Below, piece after piece: positions 28,374 to 37,303 of a DNA stretch of 64,000 nucleotides (position 1 is its first letter; the number at the start of each line of letters is the position of its first letter). The stretch lies in NCBI GenBank assembly GCA_021782495.1, contig JAJXUV010000010.1, positions 11,601 through 75,600 of the forward strand, written 5' to 3'. The notes below the pieces were generated by a model. The model saw nothing but the letters and a program-made list of their open reading frames with translations, had not been told where the DNA came from and did not search any database. Both the position numbers and the translations under genes were made by a program. This DNA comes from Pseudomonadota bacterium. Its GTDB lineage: Bacteria > Pseudomonadota > Gammaproteobacteria > UBA1113.

Positions 28374-29030
28374 TTAATCCAATACCTTACCCAAATTAGC
28401 AGATTCTGGAGCAGCCATTTCTTCGGCAGCTTTGGGTTTGGCGGATTTATTAGGGCTAAATTCGCGTTCTAAAATACCCAACCGTTTTTCATGCAAGCTG
28501 CTGTTGTTGGAGCTAACTGGCTTCAACGGTTGAACTGAATTTCCTTTTTTAGGAACTACGTGGGCTTTTTTAGCAGCCTCTTTTTGTGCAGCAGCCGCTT
28601 TCTTAGCAGCTTCTTTTTCTTCGGCAGCCGCTTTTTTCGCAGCGGCTTTTTGTGCATCCGCTGCTTTCTTAGCGGCCGCTTTTTCTGCCGCAGCAGCCTT
28701 TTTTGCAGCCGCCGCTTTTGTGGCTTCTGCTTTTTTTTGTGCTAACGCAGCTTCTTTAGCGGCAATGGATTTGATCATTTTTTTGGCAGATTCTTCTGCG
28801 GCAGAGACGGCGTCTGCTAGAGCAGCCTGTCGCTTCGCAATATGCGCTTCTAATTTCTTTAACGCATCCGTCATGCCCTGGGCATAAGCTTGGGCTACCG
28901 CTTTGGCAGCCGCAATTTTAGCAGCGCCTTGTTCTTCAGCGATTTGACGGGTTGACTCTTTTTTGATTTGTGCGAGCTCTAATTGAGCTTTTTTCAATTG
29001 GTGTTCTAAATTATCGATTGCATTATCCAT
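28374..29030 (-). CDS. Ala/Lys-rich coiled-coil protein with AAKKAAA repeats (hypothetical, histone-H1-like composition)
   Basis: 218 aa. The central region is AAKKAAAAEKAAAKKAADAQKAAAKKAAAEEKEAAKKAAAAQKEAAKKA. No enzymatic motif. Confidence 0.55.
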   Translation of the reverse strand: MDNAIDNLEHQLKKAQLELAQIKKESTRQIAEEQGAAKIAAAKAVAQAYAQGMTDALKKLEAHIAKRQAALADAVSAAEESAKKMIKSIAAKEAALAQKKAEATKAAAAKKAAAAEKAAAKKAADAQKAAAKKAAAEEKEAAKKAAAAQKEAAKKAHVVPKKGNSVQPLKPVSSNNSSLHEKRLGILEREFSPNKSAKPKAAEEMAAPESANLGKVLD

Positions 29031-29062
29031 GACTGGGTATCCTCGTGGTTAATTCAGGGCTA

Positions 29063-29180
29063 TACTCTTCGCATTTGATTCTTAAGTGTTGCCTTCGCTC
29101 ATCGCGCGCCAGCCATGTAGGTACTACACCCCTGACGTTCGAGCGCTGGCCCCTCGCCTAAAAATCAACTGCTATGCGTA
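29063..29180. repeat. family-2 repeat, long copy (5' leader of 28374..29030)
   Basis: It starts tactcttcgcatttgattcttaag and ends cctaaaaatcaactgctatgcgta, the same termini as 56840-56908. A nested gccagc/gctggc hairpin lies inside. Confidence 0.7.
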
Positions 29181-29228
29181 TATGATCATTGCCTAAGCTT
29201 AGATCAAAGACATCATAGCATAAATGAA

Positions 29229-29253
29229 GTTCGAAAGGAGTGTCAACAGGCCC
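29229..29253. repeat. family-3 MITE end fragment
   Basis: gttcgaaaggagtgtcaacaggccc matches the right terminus of the full element at 61581-61741. Confidence 0.55.
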
Positions 29254-29275
29254 TAGATTTTTTAGGGATTTTTGA

Positions 29276-29284
29276 TGCTATAAT
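29276..29284 (+). promoter_or_regulatory. extended -10 (TGcTATAAT) upstream of kbl
   Basis: tgctataat lies about 35 nt upstream of the kbl ATG. Confidence 0.4.
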
Positions 29285-29318
29285 CGAGCCTCGACGACCG
29301 AAAAGGATACTTTGAAGC

Positions 29319-30509
29319 ATGAAAAAAACATCGATGGCAGAGCATTTACGGACTGAGCTTGCAGGGTTAAAAACAGCGGGACTGTACAAAACGGAGCGCC
29401 TGATCACAACACCGCAGGACGCAAAAATTAAAATCAGTACTGGCCAAGAAGTCATTAATTTTTGTGCCAATAATTATTTGGGACTGTCCGATCACCCAGG
29501 CCTCATTCAAGCGGCACAAAAAGCTTTGGAGCAATATGGTTATGGCTTGAGTTCCGTACGCTTTATTTGCGGCACTCAAACCATTCACAAAACTTTGGAA
29601 CAAAAAATTTCTGAATTTTTAGGCATGGAAGACACCATCTTGTATTCTTCTTGTTTTGATGCCAATGGTGGCTTGTTTGAAACTTTATTGGGCGAAGAAG
29701 ATGCGGTGATCAGCGATGCCTTAAACCATGCCAGCATTATAGATGGTATTCGTCTTTGCAAAGCCAAGCGCTTTCGTTATGAAAACAACAATATGGAAGA
29801 TTTGGAAGTGCAATTGAAAGCGGCTCAATCTTGTCGATTTAAATTGATTGCCACTGACGGCGTGTTTTCTATGGATGGTATCATCGCGAATTTAAAAGCG
29901 ATTTGCGATTTGGCCGATCGTTACGATGCTTGGGTGATGGTCGATGATTCTCATGCAGTTGGGTTTATGGGAGAGCAGGGCCGTGGTACGTCCGAATATT
30001 GTGGTGTGATGGAACGAGTGAATATCGTTACCGGTACTTTGGGCAAAGCTTTGGGTGGTGCTTCGGGGGGGTATACCAGTGCCTCTAAAGAAGTGGTGGA
30101 TTGGCTGCGCAATCGTTCACGACCTTATTTATTTTCCAACAGCTTGGCGCCGGTAATTGCGGCGACATCGATTGAAGTTCTAGCTTTATTAAAGCAAGAA
30201 CCCCAGTTGCGTCAAAAAGTACAAGACAATACGCGTCGTTTTAGACAAGGCATGGAAAAAGCGGGGTTTGACATTGTGCCAGGGGTGCATCCAATTGTAC
30301 CGGTGATGTTGTACGATGCTAAAAAAGCAGCCGCTATGGCTGATGCTTTATTGGAAAAAGGCATTTATGTGATTGGTTTTTCTTATCCGGTAGTACCCAA
30401 AGATAAGGCGCGTATTCGCGTACAATTGTCTGCAGCGCACACTGAAGCGCAAATTGATGCAGCGATTGAAGCTTTTTCTGAGGTGGCTAAAAAAATGGGG
30501 GTGTTATGA
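29319..30509 (+). CDS. kbl: glycine C-acetyltransferase (2-amino-3-ketobutyrate CoA ligase)
   Basis: 396 aa. Alpha-oxoamine synthase motifs DDSHAVGF and [14 protein letters not shown] with the PLP lysine. ATGA overlap with tdh. Confidence 0.93.
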   Translation: MKKTSMAEHLRTELAGLKTAGLYKTERLITTPQDAKIKISTGQEVINFCANNYLGLSDHPGLIQAAQKALEQYGYGLSSVRFICGTQTIHKTLEQKISEFLGMEDTILYSSCFDANGGLFETLLGEEDAVISDALNHASIIDGIRLCKAKRFRYENNNMEDLEVQLKAAQSCRFKLIATDGVFSMDGIIANLKAICDLADRYDAWVMVDDSHAVGFMGEQGRGTSEYCGVMERVNIVTGTLGKALGGASGGYTSASKEVVDWLRNRSRPYLFSNSLAPVIAATSIEVLALLKQEPQLRQKVQDNTRRFRQGMEKAGFDIVPGVHPIVPVMLYDAKKAAAMADALLEKGIYVIGFSYPVVPKDKARIRVQLSAAHTEAQIDAAIEAFSEVAKKMGVL

Positions 30510-31531
30510 AAGCTTTAGTGAAAGCCAAAAGAGAACGGGGTTTATGGTTAGAAGATATTCCAGTGCCGGAATACGGCCATAACGATGTTTTGATCAAAGT
30601 GAAAAAAGCGGCGATTTGTGGCACAGATCTTCAAATTTATGCTTGGAATGAGTGGGCACAACGAACTATTCTGGTCCCCACAGCGGTGGGACATGAATGT
30701 ATGGGAACCATTGAAGCCATCGGCAGTGAAGTGGTTGGATTTAATGTGGGCGATCGGGTCGCTGTAGAAGGCCATGTGACGTGTGGCCATTGTCGAAGTT
30801 GTCGGGCAGGCCGACGACATTTGTGTCGAAGTATTTCGAATTTAGGGGTGAATAGACCTGCGGGTGCCTTTGCAGAATACCTGAGTATGCCCGCAGTGAA
30901 TGTGTTTAAATTGTCTTCTTATATCAGTGATGAGATGGGGGCTATTTTAGATCCCTTAGGCAATGCGATGCATACCACACTGTCTTTTGATTTGGTGGGT
31001 GAGGATGTGTTGATCACCGGCGCAGGACCCATCGGTTTGATGGCTATACGAATTGCTAAATTGGTTGGTGCTCGCCATGTGGTGATCACCGATGTGGATC
31101 CTTATAGACTGAACCTGGCTCAAAAAATGGGCGCGACGAGAGCAGTCAATATAGCCAAGGAATCTTTAAAGGACGTCATGCAACAGTTGGACATTGTGGA
31201 AGGCTTTGATGTGGGTTTGGAAATGTCGGGTAAGGTGGATGCTTTAAAGCAAATGTTAGACGTGATGAATCACGGTGGGCGCATGGCTTTATTGGGTATT
31301 ATTCCGGGTGAAGCCGCCATCGATTGGACCCAAGTGATTTTCAAAAGTCTGTTCATCAAAGGAATTTATGGCCGAGAAATGTTTGAAACTTGGTATAAAA
31401 TGTCTTCTTTGTTGCACACTGGTTTGGATGTGACGCCTGTCATTACCCATCAATTTGCCATGGAAGATTTTGAAGAAGCTTTCAAAGTGCTGCAGTCTGG
31501 GCAGGCGGGTAAAGTGTTGTTGAATTGGTGA
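30506..31531 (+). CDS. tdh: L-threonine 3-dehydrogenase
   Basis: 341 aa. Zn-ADH motifs [25 protein letters not shown] and GAGPIGLM. The kbl-tdh operon order is classical. Confidence 0.93.
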   Translation: MKALVKAKRERGLWLEDIPVPEYGHNDVLIKVKKAAICGTDLQIYAWNEWAQRTILVPTAVGHECMGTIEAIGSEVVGFNVGDRVAVEGHVTCGHCRSCRAGRRHLCRSISNLGVNRPAGAFAEYLSMPAVNVFKLSSYISDEMGAILDPLGNAMHTTLSFDLVGEDVLITGAGPIGLMAIRIAKLVGARHVVITDVDPYRLNLAQKMGATRAVNIAKESLKDVMQQLDIVEGFDVGLEMSGKVDALKQMLDVMNHGGRMALLGIIPGEAAIDWTQVIFKSLFIKGIYGREMFETWYKMSSLLHTGLDVTPVITHQFAMEDFEEAFKVLQSGQAGKVLLNW

Positions 31532-31602
31532 TTTGCTATTTGGTCTTTTTTATAGTAATATAAGTTACAGTAACCCAGGTTACAATAAAAAGGGCAAGCA
31601 CT

Positions 31603-32922
31603 ATGAAGTTTTATGGTCGTGAAGATGAATTGAGACAATTGTCTCAATTGGAACAAAAGACTAAAATTCAAGGGGTTATGACTGTTTTAACCGGGCGTAG
31701 ACGCGTAGGGAAAACGGAACTCGCGTTTCAACAAGTACAGGGCCAAAAATTCATTTATCTTTTTGTCAGTAAAAAAGCGGAATTCTTATTGTGCCAGGAA
31801 TATCTAGCAGATATTCAACGTTGCTTTGAATTGCCTGTCATAGGAGAAATACGTTCTTTTAGCGATATTTTTAAGTTATTGTTAGAGTTAGGCAAAACAA
31901 ACCGGTTCACACTCATTATCGATGAATTCCAAGAATTTACGTCGATCAATCCTTCCATTTATTCAGATATACAAAAACTTTGGGATATATACAAAAAACA
32001 AATCCACCTCCATGTTATTTTTATTGGCTCTATTTATTCGCTCATGCGTAAAATTTTTAGAGATAAAAAGGAACCCTTATTTGGCCGCGCGGATGCCATC
32101 ATCCATTTGCAAGGATTTAGTCTAAATGCCTTGAGCAATCTATTGAAAGAATATCGTATTTTCGATGCTAAAAATTGGTTTGACTTGTATCTGCTGACAG
32201 GCGGTATGCCAAAATACGTAGAATTGTTGATGGATGCAGGCGTTCAAAATCTATCTGATATGTTAAATGTTATGCTAGCCAAGAATTCCCTCTTTTTAGA
32301 AGAGGGAAAATATTTATTAATTGAAGAGTTTGGAAAAGAATATACCATTTATTTTTCTATTCTGGAATTGATAGCACAAGGAAAAACGGCACGTTCCGAG
32401 ATTGGAGCTATATTAGAAAAAGACATAGGCGGGTATTTGCAGCGCTTAGAAGACGATTATACGGTTATCCAAACGTATAAACCTATGACGGCTAAGCCAC
32501 AATCCAGATTGCAGCGTTATACCCTCATAGATAATTTTATTAAATTCTGGTTTTATTATTTTTATGCCAATAGAGCGGCCATTGAGATGGAAAATTTTTC
32601 TTATATTAAGAAAATAATGAATAAAACTTATGCCAATTACAGTGGCCGTATTTTAGAAAATTTTTACCATACCTTATTGGCAGAAACAGGTTTATATAAC
32701 CGCATAGGCCGGTATTGGGAAAAAGGCAATTTAAATGAAATCGATTTAATTGCTGTGAATGATTTGGAAAAACGTATGGTAGTGGCTGAAATCAAACGCA
32801 ATGCCAAAAAAATCAATACCACAGAATTAAAATTAAGAGCGGAAAAATTAAGACCTTTTTTTGACGGTTATACGGTTGAATATCTGGCTTTGAGTTTGGA
32901 TAATATGGAAGATTGGTTGTAA
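31603..32922 (+). CDS. AAA-type ATPase with DUF234-like C-terminal region
   Basis: 439 aa. FYGREDEL..., P-loop GRRRVGKT and Walker B LIIDEF. The overall layout resembles the archaeal-ATPase/DUF234 family. Confidence 0.65.
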   Translation: MKFYGREDELRQLSQLEQKTKIQGVMTVLTGRRRVGKTELAFQQVQGQKFIYLFVSKKAEFLLCQEYLADIQRCFELPVIGEIRSFSDIFKLLLELGKTNRFTLIIDEFQEFTSINPSIYSDIQKLWDIYKKQIHLHVIFIGSIYSLMRKIFRDKKEPLFGRADAIIHLQGFSLNALSNLLKEYRIFDAKNWFDLYLLTGGMPKYVELLMDAGVQNLSDMLNVMLAKNSLFLEEGKYLLIEEFGKEYTIYFSILELIAQGKTARSEIGAILEKDIGGYLQRLEDDYTVIQTYKPMTAKPQSRLQRYTLIDNFIKFWFYYFYANRAAIEMENFSYIKKIMNKTYANYSGRILENFYHTLLAETGLYNRIGRYWEKGNLNEIDLIAVNDLEKRMVVAEIKRNAKKINTTELKLRAEKLRPFFDGYTVEYLALSLDNMEDWL

Positions 32923-33008
32923 TAGCGCTTTTTTAGTTGGCATTCGTAAGCAAGATCTACGAGTAAAGAACATTTTTAAGTGCAGCCAATGTGGCCAAAG
33001 AATCTTTA

Positions 33009-33578
33009 TTAAATAAATGAATAAAAATGTCGTTCTGTTACCACCCCATCCAAACAAACATCCCAGACATCGTGCGGGAGGCTATCGCCTCGTTGGCACT
33101 CATAAGCAAGGCCTAGGAGTAGAGGGGGTTTTTTGAGTGCTGCCAAAGTTTTATCGTAAAAACCAGCGCCCATCCCCAATCGATTTCCCTTTTTATCAAA
33201 AGCGACCAGCGGTAGAAAAATGACTTCCAACTCTTCAAGTGCACAAAGCGGGGAACCAGCAGAAGGTTCATCAATACCAAAACGATTGGAAATCAAAGTG
33301 GTGTGTGTTGTGTATTCTGCGAAGAGCAAGGTATCGTCTTTTGTGATTTGTGGTAAATAAACCCTTTTTTGTGCTGACCATAGCGATTCAATGAGCGGCG
33401 TTGTGCTTATTTCCTCGCAATTTGCTAAATACAATGCGAATTTTTGCGCATTTTGGTACCAAGGCTGTATTATCACTTGTTTTAGCAAAGCCTGACTCGC
33501 CCGTGTACGTGAGGTTTCACTTAGCGCTTGGCGTTTGTTTTTAAATTCTTCTCTTAAACTTTTTTTGTCTTTTAACAT
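33009..33578 (-). CDS. ygfA: 5-formyltetrahydrofolate cyclo-ligase
   Basis: 189 aa. LRxxxxxxRxxL N-terminus and LPLVAFDKKGNRLGMGAGFYD, characteristic of the MTHFS family. Confidence 0.85.
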   Translation of the reverse strand: MLKDKKSLREEFKNKRQALSETSRTRASQALLKQVIIQPWYQNAQKFALYLANCEEISTTPLIESLWSAQKRVYLPQITKDDTLLFAEYTTHTTLISNRFGIDEPSAGSPLCALEELEVIFLPLVAFDKKGNRLGMGAGFYDKTLAALKKPPLLLGLAYECQRGDSLPHDVWDVCLDGVVTERHFYSFI

Positions 33579-33607
33579 TCTAATGTCCTATTTATATTCT
33601 GCTACTT

Positions 33608-33777
33608 TTACCGAGCCGCGACCATGAGGGAGCGGTGGTTCAAAGTAAGGAAGCACGCTTAACCGAAAGTGGTCATTTTAACGAAAAACCAAATATCCAG
33701 GATTTGAAATGGCTATTTTCTCGTAGTGGTAGTTTCTCACTCTGAACCACCGTTCTCTTACGGTCGCGGCTCGGTTA
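33608..33777 (-). ncRNA. ssrS: candidate 6S RNA (ssrS), also the long copy B of family-1 repeat
   Basis: 168-nt imperfect palindrome with an outer stem of about 32 bp plus a second stem of about 10 bp around an unpaired centre. It sits immediately upstream of ygfA on the same strand, the conserved ssrS position. Central ACUACCACUACGAGAAAAU and 3' UUUGAACCA resemble E. coli 6S segments AUACCACAAGAAUGU and CUUGAACCA (by-eye comparison). Confidence 0.45.
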
Positions 33778-33828
33778 GAAATTACCTAACAAGATACCAC
33801 AAAATTTTTAAAAAATTTCTCCAATCGC

Positions 33829-33857
33829 TTGTTTTTATCAGTATTGTGGGCTATAGT
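33829..33857 (+). promoter_or_regulatory. candidate mraZ (dcw) promoter
   Basis: TTGTTT (33829-33834), a 17-nt spacer, then TATAGT (33852-33857), 45 nt upstream of the mraZ GTG. Confidence 0.45.
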
Positions 33858-33890
33858 GTAGGAAAGTGGGGATAAGTGGTAGATTGTGGA
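33845..33890 (+). promoter_or_regulatory. MraZ operator-like array: five GTGG/GTGT boxes at exact 10-bp phasing
   Basis: gtggg at 33846, gtgta at 33856, gtggg at 33866, gtggt at 33876 and gtgga at 33886. They overlap and follow the -10. Confidence 0.6.
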
Positions 33891-33902
33891 GTAGATTTCT
33901 AA

Positions 33903-34370
33903 GTGTTTAGGGGCATCACTGCAGTTAGTCTCGATGTGAAGGGTCGGTTGGCTATGCCGGCCCGTCAGCGGGACTGTATTTTAGAAATGGATGAAAAAGC
34001 GCAACTGGTGGTTACCATCGATACTCAATCGCCTTGTTTATTGTTGTATCCCTTGGCCGAGTGGGAAGTGATTGAACGAAAATTAGAGGCTTTGCCCAGT
34101 TTTAATCCAGTGACTCGTCGCTTGCAACGTTTATTGATGGGTCATGCCAGCGAAGTGGAAATGGATACCCAAGGTCGTATTTTGATACCGCCTTTGTTAC
34201 GCGATTATGCCAAATTGGATAAAAGAGTCATGGTCGTGGGCCAAGGGCAGAAATTTGAATTGTGGAGCGATGCAGTGTGGGAAGCAGAGCGTGAAATCTG
34301 GTTATCGGAAGATAAAACCATGAACCAAGAAGGGGGGCTGCCTCCTGAATTGCAACACATCTCATTATAG
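33903..34370 (+). CDS. mraZ: transcriptional regulator MraZ
   Basis: 155 aa. FRGITAVSLDVKGRLAMPAR and a second SpoVT/AbrB-like half, EMDTQGRILIPPLLR. Confidence 0.95.
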   Translation: MFRGITAVSLDVKGRLAMPARQRDCILEMDEKAQLVVTIDTQSPCLLLYPLAEWEVIERKLEALPSFNPVTRRLQRLLMGHASEVEMDTQGRILIPPLLRDYAKLDKRVMVVGQGQKFELWSDAVWEAEREIWLSEDKTMNQEGGLPPELQHISL

Positions 34371-34383
34371 TGGAGCTTTTGTT

Positions 34384-35319
34384 GTGATAGACAAAGCCAG
34401 ACACACGAGTGTGTTATTGAAAGAAGTGATAACGGGTTTAGAGATCAAACCCAAAGGGATCTACCTAGATGGAACCTTTGGCCGAGGTGGACACAGTCTG
34501 GCTATTTTAAAAGCCCTCGGTGAAGAAGGTCGTTTATACGCTTTGGATAAAGACGATGCCGCAATTGCCGCTGGCAAGGCGATCGCCGATACACGTTTTT
34601 GCCTAGAAAAAGGCAGTTTCGCAGACATAGAAAAATGGGCGCGTCATTGGGACATTCTGGGAAAAATTGATGGCGTGTTGTTGGATTTAGGGGTGTCTTC
34701 ACCTCAATTGGACGATGCAAATAGGGGGTTTTCTTTTTTAAGAGAAGGACCTTTGGATATGCGCATGGATGTGCAGCAAGAACTCAGTGCTGCGAAGTGG
34801 TTGGCGAATGCTGAGATAGATGAAATGACACGCGTATTTAAACAATATGGTGAGGAGCCTTATGCTAGGCCGATTGCACAAGCGATTGCCGCTGCACGCG
34901 TGTTGAAACCTTTGGAAACAACACAGCAATTAGCAGATTTGATTGTTAAGATGGTCCCCGAAGGAAAAGCTTGGCGCTTGACGAAGCATCCGGCAACGCG
35001 TGTTTTTCAAGCGATACGCATCCATATCAATGGTGAATTGGAAGCATTACACCGGTTTTTAGCGCGGGTTTTGAGTGTATTAGGGGTAGGTGGCATAGTC
35101 GCCATCATCAGTTTTCACTCTTTAGAAGATCGTTTGGTAAAGCGATTTATACAAGAAGGGGCAAAGGGCGATCCTTATCCCCGAGATTTACCGATTCAAG
35201 GTGCCAAGGTGGTGCCGGGGCTTGAAAAAGGAATGGTTAGCCATGCGAGCGCGGAAGAAATTGCAGAAAATCCACGCGCGCGCAGTGCTGTTTTGAGAAT
35301 CATGAGGAAAATAAAATGA
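34384..35319 (+). CDS. rsmH: 16S rRNA (cytosine1402-N4)-methyltransferase
   Basis: 311 aa. HTSVLLKEV, DGTFGRGGHS, DLGVSSPQLD and SFHSLEDR motifs. Confidence 0.95.
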   Translation: MIDKARHTSVLLKEVITGLEIKPKGIYLDGTFGRGGHSLAILKALGEEGRLYALDKDDAAIAAGKAIADTRFCLEKGSFADIEKWARHWDILGKIDGVLLDLGVSSPQLDDANRGFSFLREGPLDMRMDVQQELSAAKWLANAEIDEMTRVFKQYGEEPYARPIAQAIAAARVLKPLETTQQLADLIVKMVPEGKAWRLTKHPATRVFQAIRIHINGELEALHRFLARVLSVLGVGGIVAIISFHSLEDRLVKRFIQEGAKGDPYPRDLPIQGAKVVPGLEKGMVSHASAEEIAENPRARSAVLRIMRKIK

Positions 35320-35648
35320 GTGCGGTTGCTAAAGCGATTTTGTCCAGCGATTTTACCCGTGGACGTATTAAGGAATTTATCTTGGACAGTGAAGTTTTGA
35401 TTGCGATTTTATTGGCTTGTTTATTATTGTTGAGCATGCTCGGTATTATTTATATTCGAGGACAAGAACGACAACTGACAAGCGAATTACAATATACGCG
35501 GCAACAGTACGACGATATGACGGTTACGCACTCTCAATTATTGTTGGAAAAAGCCACTTGGTCTCAACAAAGTCGGGTGCAAAATGTCGCTGAAACGAAA
35601 TTGAATATGCAATTTCCGAATAATAAAAATATCATCGTGGTAGAGTAG
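35316..35648 (+). CDS. ftsL: cell division protein FtsL
   Basis: 110 aa with a single TM plus a coiled coil, between rsmH and ftsI. ATGA overlap with rsmH. Confidence 0.85.
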   Translation: MSAVAKAILSSDFTRGRIKEFILDSEVLIAILLACLLLLSMLGIIYIRGQERQLTSELQYTRQQYDDMTVTHSQLLLEKATWSQQSRVQNVAETKLNMQFPNNKNIIVVE

Positions 35649-37303
35649 TGAATGCGTATACACGCCATACCTGGCGATGGGTATTATTGTTAATTTGCGT
35701 AGGTCTCGCATTTTTAGGTTTGTTATTTCGTTTCGTACAATTAACGGTCATCGATCGCGGGTTTTTATTAAAACAAGGCGATGCACGCAGCCAGCGGATC
35801 ATCGAACGTCCGGCGATGCGCGGCATGATCACCGACAGAGAGCATTATCCCCTTGCCATTACAACGCCAGTAGCTTCCATTTGGGTCGATCCCCAAGAAT
35901 TTGTAGCGGATGAAGCCAACTTAAAAACTTTGTCAGGATTATTGGGCGACAGTGTTCCGCTATTAAAAGCACGGTTGAAATCCAATAGTGGTAAAGAATT
36001 CGTTTATTTAAAACGGCACATTTCGCCGCGTTTGTCTAAAAAAGTGATGGCTTTGCATTTGGCAGGGGTGCATACCCTTCGAGAATACAGACGCTATTAC
36101 CCGGAATCCGATGTCACCGCGCAAGTGATTGGGTTTACGAATATAGACAACCAAGGCCAAGAAGGAATGGAATTAGCTTACAATCAATTCTTAGAAGGGG
36201 TGCCGGGCAAAGAACGCGTTTCCAAAGATGGCGTGGGACATGTAGTGGCTCTATTGGGAACTGTGCGTGAAGCAGAACCGGGCAAAGATTTGGCTTTGAG
36301 TTTGGATCACCGTATTCAATATTTAGCGTATCACGATTTAGTCGAAGGGGTGGCGAAAGCAGATGCCGTTGCGGGTTCTGTGATTGTGTTGGATATTAAA
36401 ACCGGTGAAGTGTTAGCGATGGCCAATGTGCCTTCTTATAATCCCAATCAAACGGTGGATCCAAGATCACCTACTTTACGCAACCGTTGTGTCACCGACG
36501 TTTTTGAACCAGGTTCTACGACGAAAGCATTTAGTTTGGCGAATGTATTGTTGCAAGGAAAGTATACGCCGAATAGTTTAATCGACACCAATCCCGGTTG
36601 GCTGACTTTAAACGGACGTGTGGTGCGTGATCACGCGGGCAATGAAGGTGTGATAGATATGACCACCGTTTTAGTGAAATCCAGTAATGTGGGAACAGCC
36701 AAATTTACATTAACCACACCACCCAACAGTTTGTGGGAATTGTTACACAAAGTAGGTTATGGACAGTTGACAGGCAGTGGTTTCCCCGGCGAATCCAAAG
36801 GGAGTTTGCCTTTGCACAAATGGTCTGATTTTACTTTAGCGACCTTGTCCTTTGGTTATGGGTTGTCGGCAACGCCTTTGCAAGTGGCAAATGCCTATGC
36901 CACGCTTGCACGCGGTGGTATTAAAATGCCCGTAAGTTTCGTAAAATTACCGAATCCACCTGAAGGTGAGCGAGTCATAGATGCCAAAGTGGCGGAAGAA
37001 ATGAAGATCATGTTAGAAGCAGTCGTCGATCGCGCCGCCGTAAAAGCCCAAGTGGCCACTTATCGGGTCTTCGGTAAAACCGGGACGATACGGGTCTTGG
37101 GTCCCACAGGCTATGATGAAAAACGCCATACTTCTTTTTTTGTCGGTGCAGCACCGGCTTCTAACCCGCGTTTGTTGGTCATGGTGATGTTACAAGAACC
37201 GCATAAGGGCTATTATGGCGCTCAAGTCGTTGCCCCTATTTTCAGCCAAATTATGGAAAAAGCGCTGAGAACTTTAGATGTTCCGCCAGATAAATTAGAT
37301 TGA
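35648..37303 (+). CDS. ftsI: peptidoglycan D,D-transpeptidase FtsI (PBP3)
   Basis: 551 aa. SxxK (GSTTKAF), SxN (KSSNVG) and KTG (GKTGT). The GTG start overlaps the ftsL stop. Confidence 0.95.
   Translation: MNAYTRHTWRWVLLLICVGLAFLGLLFRFVQLTVIDRGFLLKQGDARSQRIIERPAMRGMITDREHYPLAITTPVASIWVDPQEFVADEANLKTLSGLLGDSVPLLKARLKSNSGKEFVYLKRHISPRLSKKVMALHLAGVHTLREYRRYYPESDVTAQVIGFTNIDNQGQEGMELAYNQFLEGVPGKERVSKDGVGHVVALLGTVREAEPGKDLALSLDHRIQYLAYHDLVEGVAKADAVAGSVIVLDIKTGEVLAMANVPSYNPNQTVDPRSPTLRNRCVTDVFEPGSTTKAFSLANVLLQGKYTPNSLIDTNPGWLTLNGRVVRDHAGNEGVIDMTTVLVKSSNVGTAKFTLTTPPNSLWELLHKVGYGQLTGSGFPGESKGSLPLHKWSDFTLATLSFGYGLSATPLQVANAYATLARGGIKMPVSFVKLPNPPEGERVIDAKVAEEMKIMLEAVVDRAAVKAQVATYRVFGKTGTIRVLGPTGYDEKRHTSFFVGAAPASNPRLLVMVMLQEPHKGYYGAQVVAPIFSQIMEKALRTLDVPPDKLD

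Noticed and set aside
28560-28745. Short periodic repeats (gcagc/gcttt units; also 3500-3677) as a possible CRISPR or VNTR array
   Set aside because: They are in-frame codon repeats of low-complexity Ala/Lys or Ala/Pro proteins. The units are too short and there are no unique spacers.
29243-29470. 75-aa minus-strand ORF overlapping the kbl start
   Set aside because: It is antisense to the well-supported kbl. Its C-terminus (…SRAC*) is simply the family-3 repeat fragment read in frame.
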